Assembly: GCA_045606105.1 (NCBI GenBank)
Contig: JAZURI010000003.1
Span: 167,124 to 231,123, forward strand
Direction: 5' to 3'
DNA: 64,000 bases
Origin: Spirochaetia bacterium
GTDB taxonomy: Bacteria; Spirochaetota; Spirochaetia; CADAEX01
Positions 38,925-48,719 of this stretch are shown piece by piece. The translations under genes were made by a program, and so were the position numbers. Within the stretch, counting starts at the first letter, position 1. The number at the start of each line of letters is the position of its first letter. The notes under the pieces were generated by a model. It was not told the origin of the DNA. It made no database searches and was given only the letters and a program-made list of their open reading frames with translations.

Positions 38925-39314
38925 TTATAATTTTAATTCATCACCGGGAAAAATCTCTCCCAGGGTTCTTTCCGTAAGGTTGAAATCCCTGTCAGAAACT
39001 ATTATTACAGTATCCGGGTTGCCGAATTCGCTTATTACCTGCCTGCAGGCTCCGCACGGATAAAGTATTCCCTGGTAGTCGGGTGAAAATACTGCCGCCG
39101 CCCTGATGCTCCTGACTCCTGCCAGAACAGCTGCAGCCACCGCATTCCTTTCGGCACATACAGTAAGGCCGAAGGAGGCATTTTCAATGTTTGCACCTGT
39201 ATATATCCTGTCGTCGTTTCCCAGCACCGCAGCACCTACCCTGAGACCGGAATAAGGGGCATAGGCCTTCAGTGCAGCCTCTACAGCCGCTTCAATCAAA
39301 ACTCTCTTGTCCAT
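38925..39314 (-). CDS. cdd: Cytidine deaminase
   Basis: AYAPYS, GANIENAS, CAERNA, PCGACRQ. RBS spacing favours ATG 39314. Confidence 0.96.
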   Translation of the reverse strand: MDKRVLIEAAVEAALKAYAPYSGLRVGAAVLGNDDRIYTGANIENASFGLTVCAERNAVAAAVLAGVRSIRAAAVFSPDYQGILYPCGACRQVISEFGNPDTVIIVSDRDFNLTERTLGEIFPGDELKL

Positions 39315-39336
39315 AATCATCTCCTTATAAACTCAA

Positions 39337-39365
39337 TTGACAGTATAATATCACTATTATAAAAT
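39337..39365 (+). promoter_or_regulatory. sigma70-type promoter
   Basis: TTGACA-N17-TAAAAT upstream of ATG 39379. Confidence 0.7.
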
Positions 39366-39378
39366 ATAAAATTAATAT

Positions 39379-40146
39379 ATGAGAAAGAAATTTTTTCTTA
39401 TTATACCATTATTTTTTATTGTTTACTCATTTATTTTTCCGTGCAGGCCGGGAGCCGATTATTGTCTCCTGCCGGTCAGGGATGATTCTGCCTCTGTCAG
39501 GCCCGGTTCCGGCAGTAATCTGCGGACCGAAATATCCGATGACGGAAAAAGTGTGCTTTTCATGGATAATGAGGGAAAGTTTCTTGGGCGTTATACAGGC
39601 TCAGCTCCCTTTGCCGATGCCGATATGGCAGGAAGTACCATTGCTGCCGGATTTACGGACGGTACACTTGCGGTAACTGATGATAACGGCAGCTTTACCG
39701 AGCTGGAAACCGATTCTCCGGGAAGCATAGAAATCATATATTCTGTTGACCTGACGGAGGACGGCAGACATATTGCCGTGGTTTCAGGCTTATATCCCAA
39801 AAAGGTGCTTTTCTTTCATAAGACCCAGGAGCAGAAATGGGTTCAGGAGGGAAGTGTTGATATTTCAGACCATTTCCGAAGACATTCCTTTATTTATTTC
39901 AGCAGTGAAATTCTTCTGTTCGAGGATTTGGGAGGGCTTACCGGGATAGATATTGATAATCTGGAACGGTTCAGCATGGAATTTGACGGAGAACTGAAAA
40001 AAGTTCTTTACAATGAGGATAGAGAGCTGATTTTGGTCCGTGAAGGGGAATGGTTCCGTATTTTTTACAATGACGGAAAGCATATGGCTGCCGTACCGTG
40101 TCCGGATGACCGGGATATGGCAATGCCCGATATAAAGGAAATGTAA
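39379..40146 (+). CDS. Exported hypothetical protein (beta-propeller-like)
   Basis: N-terminal signal/TM segment; WD-like blades (IAAGFTDGTL, SVDLTEDGRHIAVVSG). Confidence 0.65.
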   Translation: MRKKFFLIIPLFFIVYSFIFPCRPGADYCLLPVRDDSASVRPGSGSNLRTEISDDGKSVLFMDNEGKFLGRYTGSAPFADADMAGSTIAAGFTDGTLAVTDDNGSFTELETDSPGSIEIIYSVDLTEDGRHIAVVSGLYPKKVLFFHKTQEQKWVQEGSVDISDHFRRHSFIYFSSEILLFEDLGGLTGIDIDNLERFSMEFDGELKKVLYNEDRELILVREGEWFRIFYNDGKHMAAVPCPDDRDMAMPDIKEM

Positions 40147-40850
40147 TGAAAAACGGGTTTCTTGTTCTTTTTGCCTTTCTTTTGGCTTTTCCTCTTTATG
40201 CCTTTGATAATCCCGTAAGAAAATATTCGGTTCTGTCAGATTTCGGTCCTGATACGGGAATCAGGTTTGAATGCAGTGAGGTTCTGGCGACAGAAGAGGG
40301 AGAGATCATTTATTACAACGATTCCCTGCTGATGCTTTATCACGGAGACAACATCAGGTCTGTATATTCGGGAATCAGACCGGTTATTCCTGCAGACGGA
40401 AACTACCATGTGAAAAAGGGCGACAAGATAGGAGATACGATTTCCGGCAGCTTCCTCTTTGAAATATATGATACGGAAATGGACCGGTATATAAATCCTG
40501 TTCTCATGACAGGGGGAAAGAATGACAGGAAAAGCCCTGCAATTAAAAAACTTCTCCTGAAAAACGGTGCCGGTGGTGACGTAACCCTTGTATTCAACAG
40601 GAACAATATAGTTGAAAAAGGGAAGGCAGAGCTTGTTGTTGAGGCTTCGGAAATTCCGTACCGTACCTGTATCATTCTCAACGGAAGCAGGATAACGGAC
40701 CGGAAGATCAGAACCCTGAAGCCGGGAGAGAAAGTAAGCAGCCTGAAATATATGCTGGAGCTTCCGGAGGGAATTTCGGTGGTCAATGTGGAGCTTTATG
40801 ATTTTTACGGAAATAAAAGTTGTAAAAATGTTGTACTGGAGGTAAAATAA
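40146..40850 (+). CDS. Exported degenerate M23-peptidase-like protein
   Basis: Signal peptide; VLATEEGEII, VKKGDKIG, FEIYD...INP, but no Zn-ligand histidines. Confidence 0.6.
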   Translation: MKNGFLVLFAFLLAFPLYAFDNPVRKYSVLSDFGPDTGIRFECSEVLATEEGEIIYYNDSLLMLYHGDNIRSVYSGIRPVIPADGNYHVKKGDKIGDTISGSFLFEIYDTEMDRYINPVLMTGGKNDRKSPAIKKLLLKNGAGGDVTLVFNRNNIVEKGKAELVVEASEIPYRTCIILNGSRITDRKIRTLKPGEKVSSLKYMLELPEGISVVNVELYDFYGNKSCKNVVLEVK

Positions 40851-40854
40851 GGGT

Positions 40855-42792
40855 ATGAAATGTTATTTTTCCGACAAGGAACATTGCGATAAATTATCAA
40901 AGTATCTTTTGAAAAGATTTGAAAATAGCGAACTTTTAAAAGTTGAAGAGATAGAAATTCTTGAAAAAAACGGCTGTTCTGCCGATTCCTGGGATCAGGT
41001 AAGGGTAACCCGACCTTTTATGCCTCAGCTTGTCAGGAATACGGTTTTCCACGGAAATGTAAGAATAGGAAAGCTTGAAAAAGGGCATTTCGATGCAGAC
41101 GGAGCCACCTATCATACAGGAATCAACAGCTGCATTATCTCTTCCTCCTTTATCGAGGATTATCCGGCCCTTTCCTTTTGTAACATCCAGGACTCCCATA
41201 TCGGAAAATATGTGGTTGTCCATAACTGCGGCGAAATAACATCAGACAATACTCCTGTGGCAGGAAAGATAACGCTTATAAACGAGGTCGGCGGCCGGGA
41301 GGCCGAAATTTTTCCCGGTATCACATTTCAGGAAATATGGCTGCAGACCACCTTTGCGGACAAAGGAATCCTTCATGAGAAATTAAGGGAGTTTACTGCC
41401 GGAAAGAAAAGGGGAGAAAACATCTTCTTTACCTCCATAGGGGATCATTCCCTTGTGAGAAATGTCAGATATATCAGGAATTCCAAGCTCGGCCGTCATC
41501 TGGTTGCCGACAGTGCATTGGGAATTGCCGGCTCCTATATTGCATCAAGCTCATCCCATATTACGGAAATCAAGGACAATGCCCTTGTGAGAGGCTCTGT
41601 GCTGGAGGCGGGTGCTTCTGTCGGAAGCGGTGCCGTGGTTTCAGATTCCTTTATTTCGGGCCGTGTTTCCGTCAGCCTGGGAGCCAGGGTTACGGAATGT
41701 GCCATAGGTCCTGTTTCCAATATTGCCTGCTGCGAGATACAGAATTCCCTGATTTTCCCGCTTCATGAACAGCATCACAACAATTCGTTCCTGATTGCCG
41801 CATCTGTAGGGGGACAGAGCAATATCGCAGCAGGGGCTACCCTGGGCTCAAATCACAACAGCAGGAGAAATGACGGTGAGCTTCTGGCAAACCGTGGCTT
41901 CTGGGCCGGATTATGCACATCGGTAAAGCATAATTCCTGTTTTGCATCCTTTACTCTGCTGGCAAAGTCAGATTTTTCCCATGAGCTTGATATCAGGCTT
42001 CCGTTTTCCCTTGTTTCCGAAAACAAGCATCTGAATTCCCTGGAAATAATGCCGGCTTACTGGTGGCGTCATAACATGTATGCCCTTTTCAGGAACCGCA
42101 GGAAATTTGCACAGAGGCTGGGGAAGGAGTACCGCAGGATAGAGCACGATTTTCTGGCACCCGATACGGCAGAGGAGATTCTCAGAGGAATAGACCTGCT
42201 TAAAAAAGAGAACTGCAGATATGAAAATTCATCCCGTGAGACAATAATCCGCGGTAAGGACAAGGGATTGAAGGCCTACAGGGAAATGCTCCTTTTCTAC
42301 TGTACCTCCGTAATTACCGGTTATTTAAACCGTTCCGGAACAGACAGAAGCAATTATCTTGGCATGAGGCTTGATGACAGCTATGAAACCTCCTGGATAA
42401 ATGCCGGAGGAATTCTGGTGGGAAACAAGGCTCTGGAGGAAATGACAGCTGATATAGAGAACGGAGATATCATTTCCTGGGACGAGGTCAGGGACCGTTT
42501 CAGCCGTTTTGAAATGGAGTATCCTGCCGAAAAGTTCAGGCATGCGGTTCATCTTCTGGGAGAAATTTATGGAAAGAAGCAGCTTGATGAGGAGATGCTG
42601 GAGAGGGTCGGCAGCGATTACCGGCACCTGGTTGCAGATATCAACGAGGAGATGGTCAGAAGCCGTGAAAAGGATTACAGCAATCCTTTCAGAAAAATCA
42701 CATACCGGAGCAGCTATGAAATGGAGGCTGTCCTGGGTACTGCCGATGATGAGGCTATTCTGGATGACATGCACATAGATGTCCGGGACTGA
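40855..42792 (+). CDS. DUF4954 family protein (left-handed beta-helix region)
   Basis: EIEILEKNGC.ADSW, CCEIQNSLIFP.HEQHHNNSFL, ATLGSNHNSR, EIMPAYWW..NMYAL. Confidence 0.85.
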   Translation: MKCYFSDKEHCDKLSKYLLKRFENSELLKVEEIEILEKNGCSADSWDQVRVTRPFMPQLVRNTVFHGNVRIGKLEKGHFDADGATYHTGINSCIISSSFIEDYPALSFCNIQDSHIGKYVVVHNCGEITSDNTPVAGKITLINEVGGREAEIFPGITFQEIWLQTTFADKGILHEKLREFTAGKKRGENIFFTSIGDHSLVRNVRYIRNSKLGRHLVADSALGIAGSYIASSSSHITEIKDNALVRGSVLEAGASVGSGAVVSDSFISGRVSVSLGARVTECAIGPVSNIACCEIQNSLIFPLHEQHHNNSFLIAASVGGQSNIAAGATLGSNHNSRRNDGELLANRGFWAGLCTSVKHNSCFASFTLLAKSDFSHELDIRLPFSLVSENKHLNSLEIMPAYWWRHNMYALFRNRRKFAQRLGKEYRRIEHDFLAPDTAEEILRGIDLLKKENCRYENSSRETIIRGKDKGLKAYREMLLFYCTSVITGYLNRSGTDRSNYLGMRLDDSYETSWINAGGILVGNKALEEMTADIENGDIISWDEVRDRFSRFEMEYPAEKFRHAVHLLGEIYGKKQLDEEMLERVGSDYRHLVADINEEMVRSREKDYSNPFRKITYRSSYEMEAVLGTADDEAILDDMHIDVRD

Positions 42793-43687
42793 TCTCCCTT
42801 AAAGGGGGAAGCTCCCTGCTGCATCTTTCCTTTCTGACAGGACATCTTTCATAGAAAGGGCATCCTTTTGGAAGATTGATAAGATCCGGGATTTCCCCTG
42901 CGCTTTTTCTGTCAAATATTCTCTTGTTTTTTCCTATTTCCGGTACGACACTGAGCAGCAGTCTGGTGTAGGGATGGGAAGGATTTCTGTAAAGCTCCTC
43001 CGGGGGGGCCGATTCCACCACCCGTCCCGTATACATTACCGAAACCGTATCACTCATGTACAGGACCACTGCAATGTTGTGGGCTATGAATATATATGAA
43101 ATTCCCAATTCTTTCTGGATATTGAGAAGAAGATTGAGTATCTGGGACTGGACCGAAACATCCAATGATGAAACCGGCTCGTCACAGATGACAAAATCGG
43201 GCCTCGAGGAAACAGCTCTTCCTATACAGATTCTCTGTCTCTGGCCTCCCGAAAACTCATGGGGAAACTTGTATGCACTGTTTTTAGGGAGTCCCACCAT
43301 ATCCAGAAGCCTCTCAGCCTCTGCCTCAGTTTCCTTTTTCTTTATCATTCCGGCTGAAAGAAGGGGCTCTGTGATGATATCCTTTATCTGCATCTTCGGA
43401 TTCAGTGAAAGGTAAGGGTCCTGGAATACATACTGCATCTTCTGTCCCGGCGGAACAGTGACTATCTCTGCCGAATCAGCTCTGTGGATCCCCAGTATGG
43501 TTTTGGCCAGGGTACTTTTTCCACAGCCCGATTCACCTACGATACCAAGGGTTTCTCCACGCCTCAGCTCAATATCAACACCGTTCAGAGCATGAATCTT
43601 CTTGTCGGAGGAGCTGAATTTTCCCGCCTTGAGGCTGAAGTGCTTGGTTATGTTGTTCATCTTGAGAATAATGTCATTTTGCTGCAT
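42755..43687 (-). CDS. Oligopeptide ABC transporter ATPase (OppF-like)
   Basis: GESGCGKST, FSGGQRQR, CDEPVSSLD, C-terminal GCPF..RC...CACH. Confidence 0.95.
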   Translation of the reverse strand: MQQNDIILKMNNITKHFSLKAGKFSSSDKKIHALNGVDIELRRGETLGIVGESGCGKSTLAKTILGIHRADSAEIVTVPPGQKMQYVFQDPYLSLNPKMQIKDIITEPLLSAGMIKKKETEAEAERLLDMVGLPKNSAYKFPHEFSGGQRQRICIGRAVSSRPDFVICDEPVSSLDVSVQSQILNLLLNIQKELGISYIFIAHNIAVVLYMSDTVSVMYTGRVVESAPPEELYRNPSHPYTRLLLSVVPEIGKNKRIFDRKSAGEIPDLINLPKGCPFYERCPVRKERCSRELPPLREISPGHLCACHPE

Positions 43688-44645
43688 GGAAGCACCTCAC
43701 AGTCCGGTTTCCGCATGTCGTTATACCCGGTTCCGAAGCCAGGCATTCTGCTGTACGGTAAGAGCATCTTGGGGCATACCGGCATCCTGATGTTATTTCA
43801 CCCGGCTCCGGTACCTTCCCCGGTATTGTATAAAGAGTATCGTTTTTCTTAAACATTCCCGGTCTTGGTATGGATCTGAGAAGATCCCCGGTATAAGGGT
43901 GCAGGGGAGCTGAAATTACCTCCTTTGCATTTCCCTCCTCCATAAGCTGTCCACCGTACATTATCATGATACGGTCGCAGAAATCCTCCACCAGGGCCAG
44001 GTCATGGGTAATGAAAATCACTGACATTCCCTTTTCTTCCTTCTTTTCCCTGATAAGCCCCAGTATCTGTGCCTGAGTGGTTACATCCAGGGCTGTTGTA
44101 GGCTCGTCGGCAATAAGTATATCGGGAGAGCAGGCCAATGCCTGGGCAATCATGCATCTCTGCAGCATTCCTCCCGACATCTGGAAGGGATAATCCATGG
44201 CTTTAAGGGATGAATTGGGTATATGAACCTGCTCCAGAAGCTTTACCGCCTCCTCAAAGGCCCTCTTTCTGTCGTAATCAAGGTGATTCCTGAGTCCTTC
44301 GCCTATCTGGCTTCCTATCCTGAAAAGGGGATTGAAGGAGGCTGAGGGTTCCTGGAATATCATGGAAATTCTCTTTCCCCTTATTTTTTCCATATCCTTT
44401 TCGGAAAGAGATGTGATATTGGTTCCCGAAAACAGGATTTCCGAGTCCGGATCAATTTCTCCCGGCGGATCTATAAGCTTCATGACAGAGAGATTGGTAA
44501 CGCTTTTCCCGCTTCCCGATTCTCCCACCATGGCCAGGATTTCATTCTTGTAAAGGGAAAATGAGAGGTTATCCACTGCAGTTACTGTCTTGTCTATCAT
44601 TCTGAACCTTGTGGTCAGGTTTTTTACTTCAAGTATGGCTTCCAT
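43674..44645 (-). CDS. Oligopeptide ABC transporter ATPase (OppD-like)
   Basis: [29 protein letters not shown]. Confidence 0.95.
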   Translation of the reverse strand: MEAILEVKNLTTRFRMIDKTVTAVDNLSFSLYKNEILAMVGESGSGKSVTNLSVMKLIDPPGEIDPDSEILFSGTNITSLSEKDMEKIRGKRISMIFQEPSASFNPLFRIGSQIGEGLRNHLDYDRKRAFEEAVKLLEQVHIPNSSLKAMDYPFQMSGGMLQRCMIAQALACSPDILIADEPTTALDVTTQAQILGLIREKKEEKGMSVIFITHDLALVEDFCDRIMIMYGGQLMEEGNAKEVISAPLHPYTGDLLRSIPRPGMFKKNDTLYTIPGKVPEPGEITSGCRYAPRCSYRTAECLASEPGITTCGNRTVRCFHAAK

Positions 44646-44653
44646 GGCATATC

Positions 44654-45709
44654 CTACAGGCTTTTGGGGTCAAAGGCATCCTTCAGGCTGTACCCCAGGG
44701 TAAAGAAACAGAATACCGTAAGAATGATTATAAAAGCAGGGAAGGCTACCCACGGGTACTGCATCAGGACATTTATATCCATGGCTGCACTCATGAGCAT
44801 ACCCCAGCTTACCGATGGTTCAGTTATACCGAGATTCAGGAAGCTGAGACCGGCCTCTCCCAGTATTACGCCGGGAACACTGAGGGTTATGTCCAGTATC
44901 AGGATGTTCCTGATCTGAGGTATTATATGCTTAAGTATTATTTTCAGCGGTTTTGTTCCTGCTATCCTTGCGGCAGTGACATAATCGGCGTTTTTCAGGG
45001 AGAGAACCCAATTTCTTATTCCCCTTGCGCTTCCTGCCCAGCTAGGTATTGCCAGAATCAGTGTTATGAACATGAATTTCTGCCCCGGAGTAATGTCTGC
45101 TGGCAGTATGGACCTGAGAAACAGAAAGAAATAGAAGGTAGGCAGGAGTATGATTATCTCGCAGCCCCTCATTATAAGCCAGTCTGCAATGCCTCCGAAA
45201 TAACCGGCCACACCCCCTATGAGTATACCTCCCAGCATGGCCGTAAGGATGCTGACAAAGCCTATGGTCAGGGAAATCTTGGCACCGTAGATGATTCTGG
45301 ACAGCATGTCCCGTCCCAGCCGGTCTGCACCCAGGATAAACAGCGGGCTTCCGTCCTTTGTGCCGAAAAGATGGGTCCTGGCTGGAATCAGACCGAAAAG
45401 GCGGTACTCATCCCCTTTGACAAAAAATGAAATCCTGTGGATTCTGGAGTAATCGGTCCTGTATTTCTTGTAGAAAGGGTTGGCCATTTCATATTCGTAG
45501 ACATAGGGCCCAATGAATTTTCCCTCATGGATAAGATGTATCCTGTGAGGCGGCTGATAGGATTTGCTCTTGAATTTGGTGTTCGGCTGATAAGGGGCCA
45601 GAAAACCTTCAAAAATGAACGAAACATAAAGGAAAACCAGTATCCACAGGCAGATGACACCCATTTTCTTCCGTTTGAATTTAAGGTAAGGAATGGAATT
45701 TCTTATCAT
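44654..45709 (-). CDS. Peptide ABC transporter permease (OppC-like)
   Basis: LGADRLGRD, YVTAARIAG, EAGLSFLNLG..PSVSWG. Confidence 0.93.
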   Translation of the reverse strand: MIRNSIPYLKFKRKKMGVICLWILVFLYVSFIFEGFLAPYQPNTKFKSKSYQPPHRIHLIHEGKFIGPYVYEYEMANPFYKKYRTDYSRIHRISFFVKGDEYRLFGLIPARTHLFGTKDGSPLFILGADRLGRDMLSRIIYGAKISLTIGFVSILTAMLGGILIGGVAGYFGGIADWLIMRGCEIIILLPTFYFFLFLRSILPADITPGQKFMFITLILAIPSWAGSARGIRNWVLSLKNADYVTAARIAGTKPLKIILKHIIPQIRNILILDITLSVPGVILGEAGLSFLNLGITEPSVSWGMLMSAAMDINVLMQYPWVAFPAFIIILTVFCFFTLGYSLKDAFDPKSL

Positions 45710-46686
45710 TTCATCCTCACTCTCGGGTCTGCCGCTGTCAGCAGTATGTCTGAAACAAGGATTCCTCCCAGAACCAGTACATCGCTGATAATCATGTTGG
45801 TAAGGACAAGATAATAATCCTGTCTCATAGTTGCATCATACATGAGCCTTCCGATACCCGGATAAGAAAAGATGATTTCCACAAACAGGGAACCGCCGAT
45901 AAGGGCTGAAAATATTCCCGAAAGCCCTGTAATGAAAGGAATAAGTGCATTCCTGAAGGCATGGATGATTATTCCCCGCTTTCCGGTACCCTTGGCACGG
46001 ACCGCATTTATGTACGGCTTGTTGAATTCCTCTGTCAGAAGAACCTTCATGGTTCTGATGGAGCCGGCCACACCTCCCAGAAAGCCTATGAGAACAGGGA
46101 GAATCATGTGATGGAGCCGGTCCAGGAACTGTTCCCATCCGCTCAAAAGGTGATAATCCTCTCCCGTGGCTCCTCCCAGCGGAAAGAGTCCTGTCTTTGC
46201 CGCCACCAGAAGTCCCAGCAGTGCAAGAAAGAAGGAAGGGACGGAATACAGTATCAGGGTAATGAAGTTTACATTTTTTTCCAGAAGCTTGTTGGGCTTG
46301 TATGAAAAGTAAAAGGCAATGGGGTAGGAAACCGCAATGGAAAATAGCAGTGAGAAAAGGTTCAGGGATACGGTATTCCACAGCCTGGAACCGATAAGCT
46401 CCATTATGGGCTGCCTGTAGGAGAAGGACATTCCCAGGTCGTGATCCAGTACCACCTTTTTCAGCCAGTAAAGGAACTGCATGTAGAAAGGCTTGTCCAG
46501 TCCGAACTCTGTCCTGTAATAATCTATGGTTTCAGGTGTTATTTCGGGATTCTGGTAATATGCCGAGAAGAAATCGCCGGGAGCCAGGCTCATGAAGAAG
46601 AAAAAGCAGAAAATGGTTATAAGGAGAACCGGAATCATGGAAAGGATTCGTCTGACAATGAAAAAAAGGAGCTTCTTGTTTATCAT
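45706..46686 (-). CDS. Peptide ABC transporter permease (OppB-like)
   Basis: LAPGD, GLDKP, AVRAKG, HAFRNA, VEIIFSYPGIG, DPRVR. Confidence 0.93.
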   Translation of the reverse strand: MINKKLLFFIVRRILSMIPVLLITIFCFFFFMSLAPGDFFSAYYQNPEITPETIDYYRTEFGLDKPFYMQFLYWLKKVVLDHDLGMSFSYRQPIMELIGSRLWNTVSLNLFSLLFSIAVSYPIAFYFSYKPNKLLEKNVNFITLILYSVPSFFLALLGLLVAAKTGLFPLGGATGEDYHLLSGWEQFLDRLHHMILPVLIGFLGGVAGSIRTMKVLLTEEFNKPYINAVRAKGTGKRGIIIHAFRNALIPFITGLSGIFSALIGGSLFVEIIFSYPGIGRLMYDATMRQDYYLVLTNMIISDVLVLGGILVSDILLTAADPRVRMK

Positions 46687-48476
46687 TCCGCATCTCCCGT
46701 ATCTTTAAGGAAAATTCTCCTGAAGTTATCTCCCGTGCTGTTGTTGCTGTTCCAGTTGATGTTGTCCCATTTTTCGCTTACCGCCATGAAAAGATAGCGC
46801 CTGAAAATAGGGATTATTATCATTTCATCCATTACCGTATGCTGGAAAAGGCTGTAGTTTTTCATTATCTCATCCCTGTCGTAGGTGTAGATAAGGCTGC
46901 CGTAAAGGGTATCAAGCTTTTTTTCCCATTCTGTTCCGGGGCTTTTCTGCTTAGGGTGCCAGTAGTGGAGATTTCCGTCAGAAAGCCAGATATTGTACCA
47001 TTGCTCCGGAAAAACAGGGAGGCTCATTCCGGCCAGATAACAGTCCCAGTCATATGTGTGCATCAGCTTCTGAACTACAACATTAAAATCTACACTTTGA
47101 ATAGTTGCTTTTATTCCGCACTTTTCAAAGTCTGCTATGATAATATTAAGGTAATCATGGGTTACCGGATCGGTGCTGCCGGTAAGGATGCTGAACTCGA
47201 TATGGTTTCCTGAACTGTCCTCCAGTATGCCGTCGCCGTCTCTATCTGCCAGTCCGCACTCCTTCAGAAGAGCTTCCGCCTTTTCCGTATCGTATGTAAA
47301 CGGTGTACATGCGGTGCTGTCATAGTATCTGTTGTTGGATGCAAATGCACTGAGCTGAGGCTCTGCCAGTCCGTTGGTTGTCTGGTTTATGATGGTGGCC
47401 CTGTCTATGAGAGAGCTTACCGCAGCCTTGAAGCGGGTATCGGTAAAAAGCCTGTATTTATATCCGGGAACGGTATCCTTGTTGTGGTTGAAGAGAAGGG
47501 CTGTGTAGAAGCCGGCTGCTCCGCCGTTCCAGATGGAATATTTTCCCTTTGAGCTTTCTGGAAGGAGGGTATAAAGGTCCTGTCCCCTCAGGTTATAGGA
47601 GTCGATTTCTCCCTTCTGGAACTTCAGCAGCTCTGAATTAGGGTCCGGCGTATAAGAGAGGATGATTCTGTCGATATACGGCAGCTTCTGTCCCTTTTCA
47701 TCCCTTTTCCAGTAATTTGGGTTCCTTTTCAGTATTATCCTTTCTCCCGGAATAAGCTTTTCAAGAAGAAACGGTCCGTTTCCCACCAGCTCGGACGGAT
47801 CTGTATTTACTCCCCAGAAGGCCTCTGCCTCCTTTTTTCCCTTGCTGATGACCGGTTCCCAGATATGGCGGGGAACAATGTTTCCCGTATTTACCACCAG
47901 GAGAGGTTCGCTGACAATTCTCGGAAAATGATAGGTGAATTCAAGTTCGCTGTTCAGCTCTATTGTATATTTCTCCCTGGAGCCGTCAGGCATGGTGATG
48001 TACAGCCCCTGTTCTCCCAGGGGATATATTTCCTTGTTGTTTTCTATATTATTGAAGTACCAGACCACATCTCCGGCAGTCATCTTCACCCCGTCACTCC
48101 AGTAAATGTTGTCCCGGAGCCTGCATTTAAGCTCCATCCGGTCCTTTTCCTTATCTGTGACCACGGTAAAGGTTTCCACGATATTTCCGCTCCATTCCTT
48201 GGTTTCCACATCGTAGTCAAAGAGATAATCCAGGATGAACTGGGTAACAACAGAGTGGGAGCCGTCCAGGTTGGAGAAGGGATTGAAGCTTTTGGGATCC
48301 TCTGCATAGGTTCCTCTCCAGGTTCCTCCGTAGGTTCCGGTTCTGTAAGAGGAAATGTTTTCAGCCTTTTTTACATCAGGAATCGAATTTACATCCCAGT
48401 CGTATTCTTTTTTCCACTGGGGATCGCTGCATGAGAACAGCAGAAAAAGAGCTGTTACAGTAAAGAGGAATCTCAT
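46683..48476 (-). CDS. ABC transporter substrate-binding lipoprotein, family 5
   Basis: Lipobox LLFSC; DPKSFNP, WSDG..MTAGDV, VGNGPF, RNPNYW, LPYID. Confidence 0.93.
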   Translation of the reverse strand: MRFLFTVTALFLLFSCSDPQWKKEYDWDVNSIPDVKKAENISSYRTGTYGGTWRGTYAEDPKSFNPFSNLDGSHSVVTQFILDYLFDYDVETKEWSGNIVETFTVVTDKEKDRMELKCRLRDNIYWSDGVKMTAGDVVWYFNNIENNKEIYPLGEQGLYITMPDGSREKYTIELNSELEFTYHFPRIVSEPLLVVNTGNIVPRHIWEPVISKGKKEAEAFWGVNTDPSELVGNGPFLLEKLIPGERIILKRNPNYWKRDEKGQKLPYIDRIILSYTPDPNSELLKFQKGEIDSYNLRGQDLYTLLPESSKGKYSIWNGGAAGFYTALLFNHNKDTVPGYKYRLFTDTRFKAAVSSLIDRATIINQTTNGLAEPQLSAFASNNRYYDSTACTPFTYDTEKAEALLKECGLADRDGDGILEDSSGNHIEFSILTGSTDPVTHDYLNIIIADFEKCGIKATIQSVDFNVVVQKLMHTYDWDCYLAGMSLPVFPEQWYNIWLSDGNLHYWHPKQKSPGTEWEKKLDTLYGSLIYTYDRDEIMKNYSLFQHTVMDEMIIIPIFRRYLFMAVSEKWDNINWNSNNSTGDNFRRIFLKDTGDAE

Positions 48477-48514
48477 AGAAAAGAATATAACACATAGGAA
48501 GAAGAAAAAAAAGC

Positions 48515-48548
48515 AAAAAAAAAGGTAAACACCGAAATGTTTACCTTT
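48515..48548 (-). terminator. Intrinsic terminator after tRNA-Val
   Basis: AAAGGTAAACA-ccgaaa-TGTTTACCTTT hairpin with a U-run on the minus strand. Confidence 0.8.
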
Positions 48549-48549
48549 A

Positions 48550-48622
<73 letters not shown>

Positions 48623-48635
48623 GCTGACAGAATCA

Positions 48636-48664
48636 AACATATCACAATGATAATTTTATGTCAA
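48636..48664 (-). promoter_or_regulatory. sigma70-type promoter of tRNA-Val
   Basis: TTGACA-N17-TATGTT on the minus strand. Confidence 0.7.
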
Positions 48665-48719
48665 TAATATATTAAAAAAATATCTTTTAAAAATAAATTT
48701 TATGTATTATACTTCAGAT

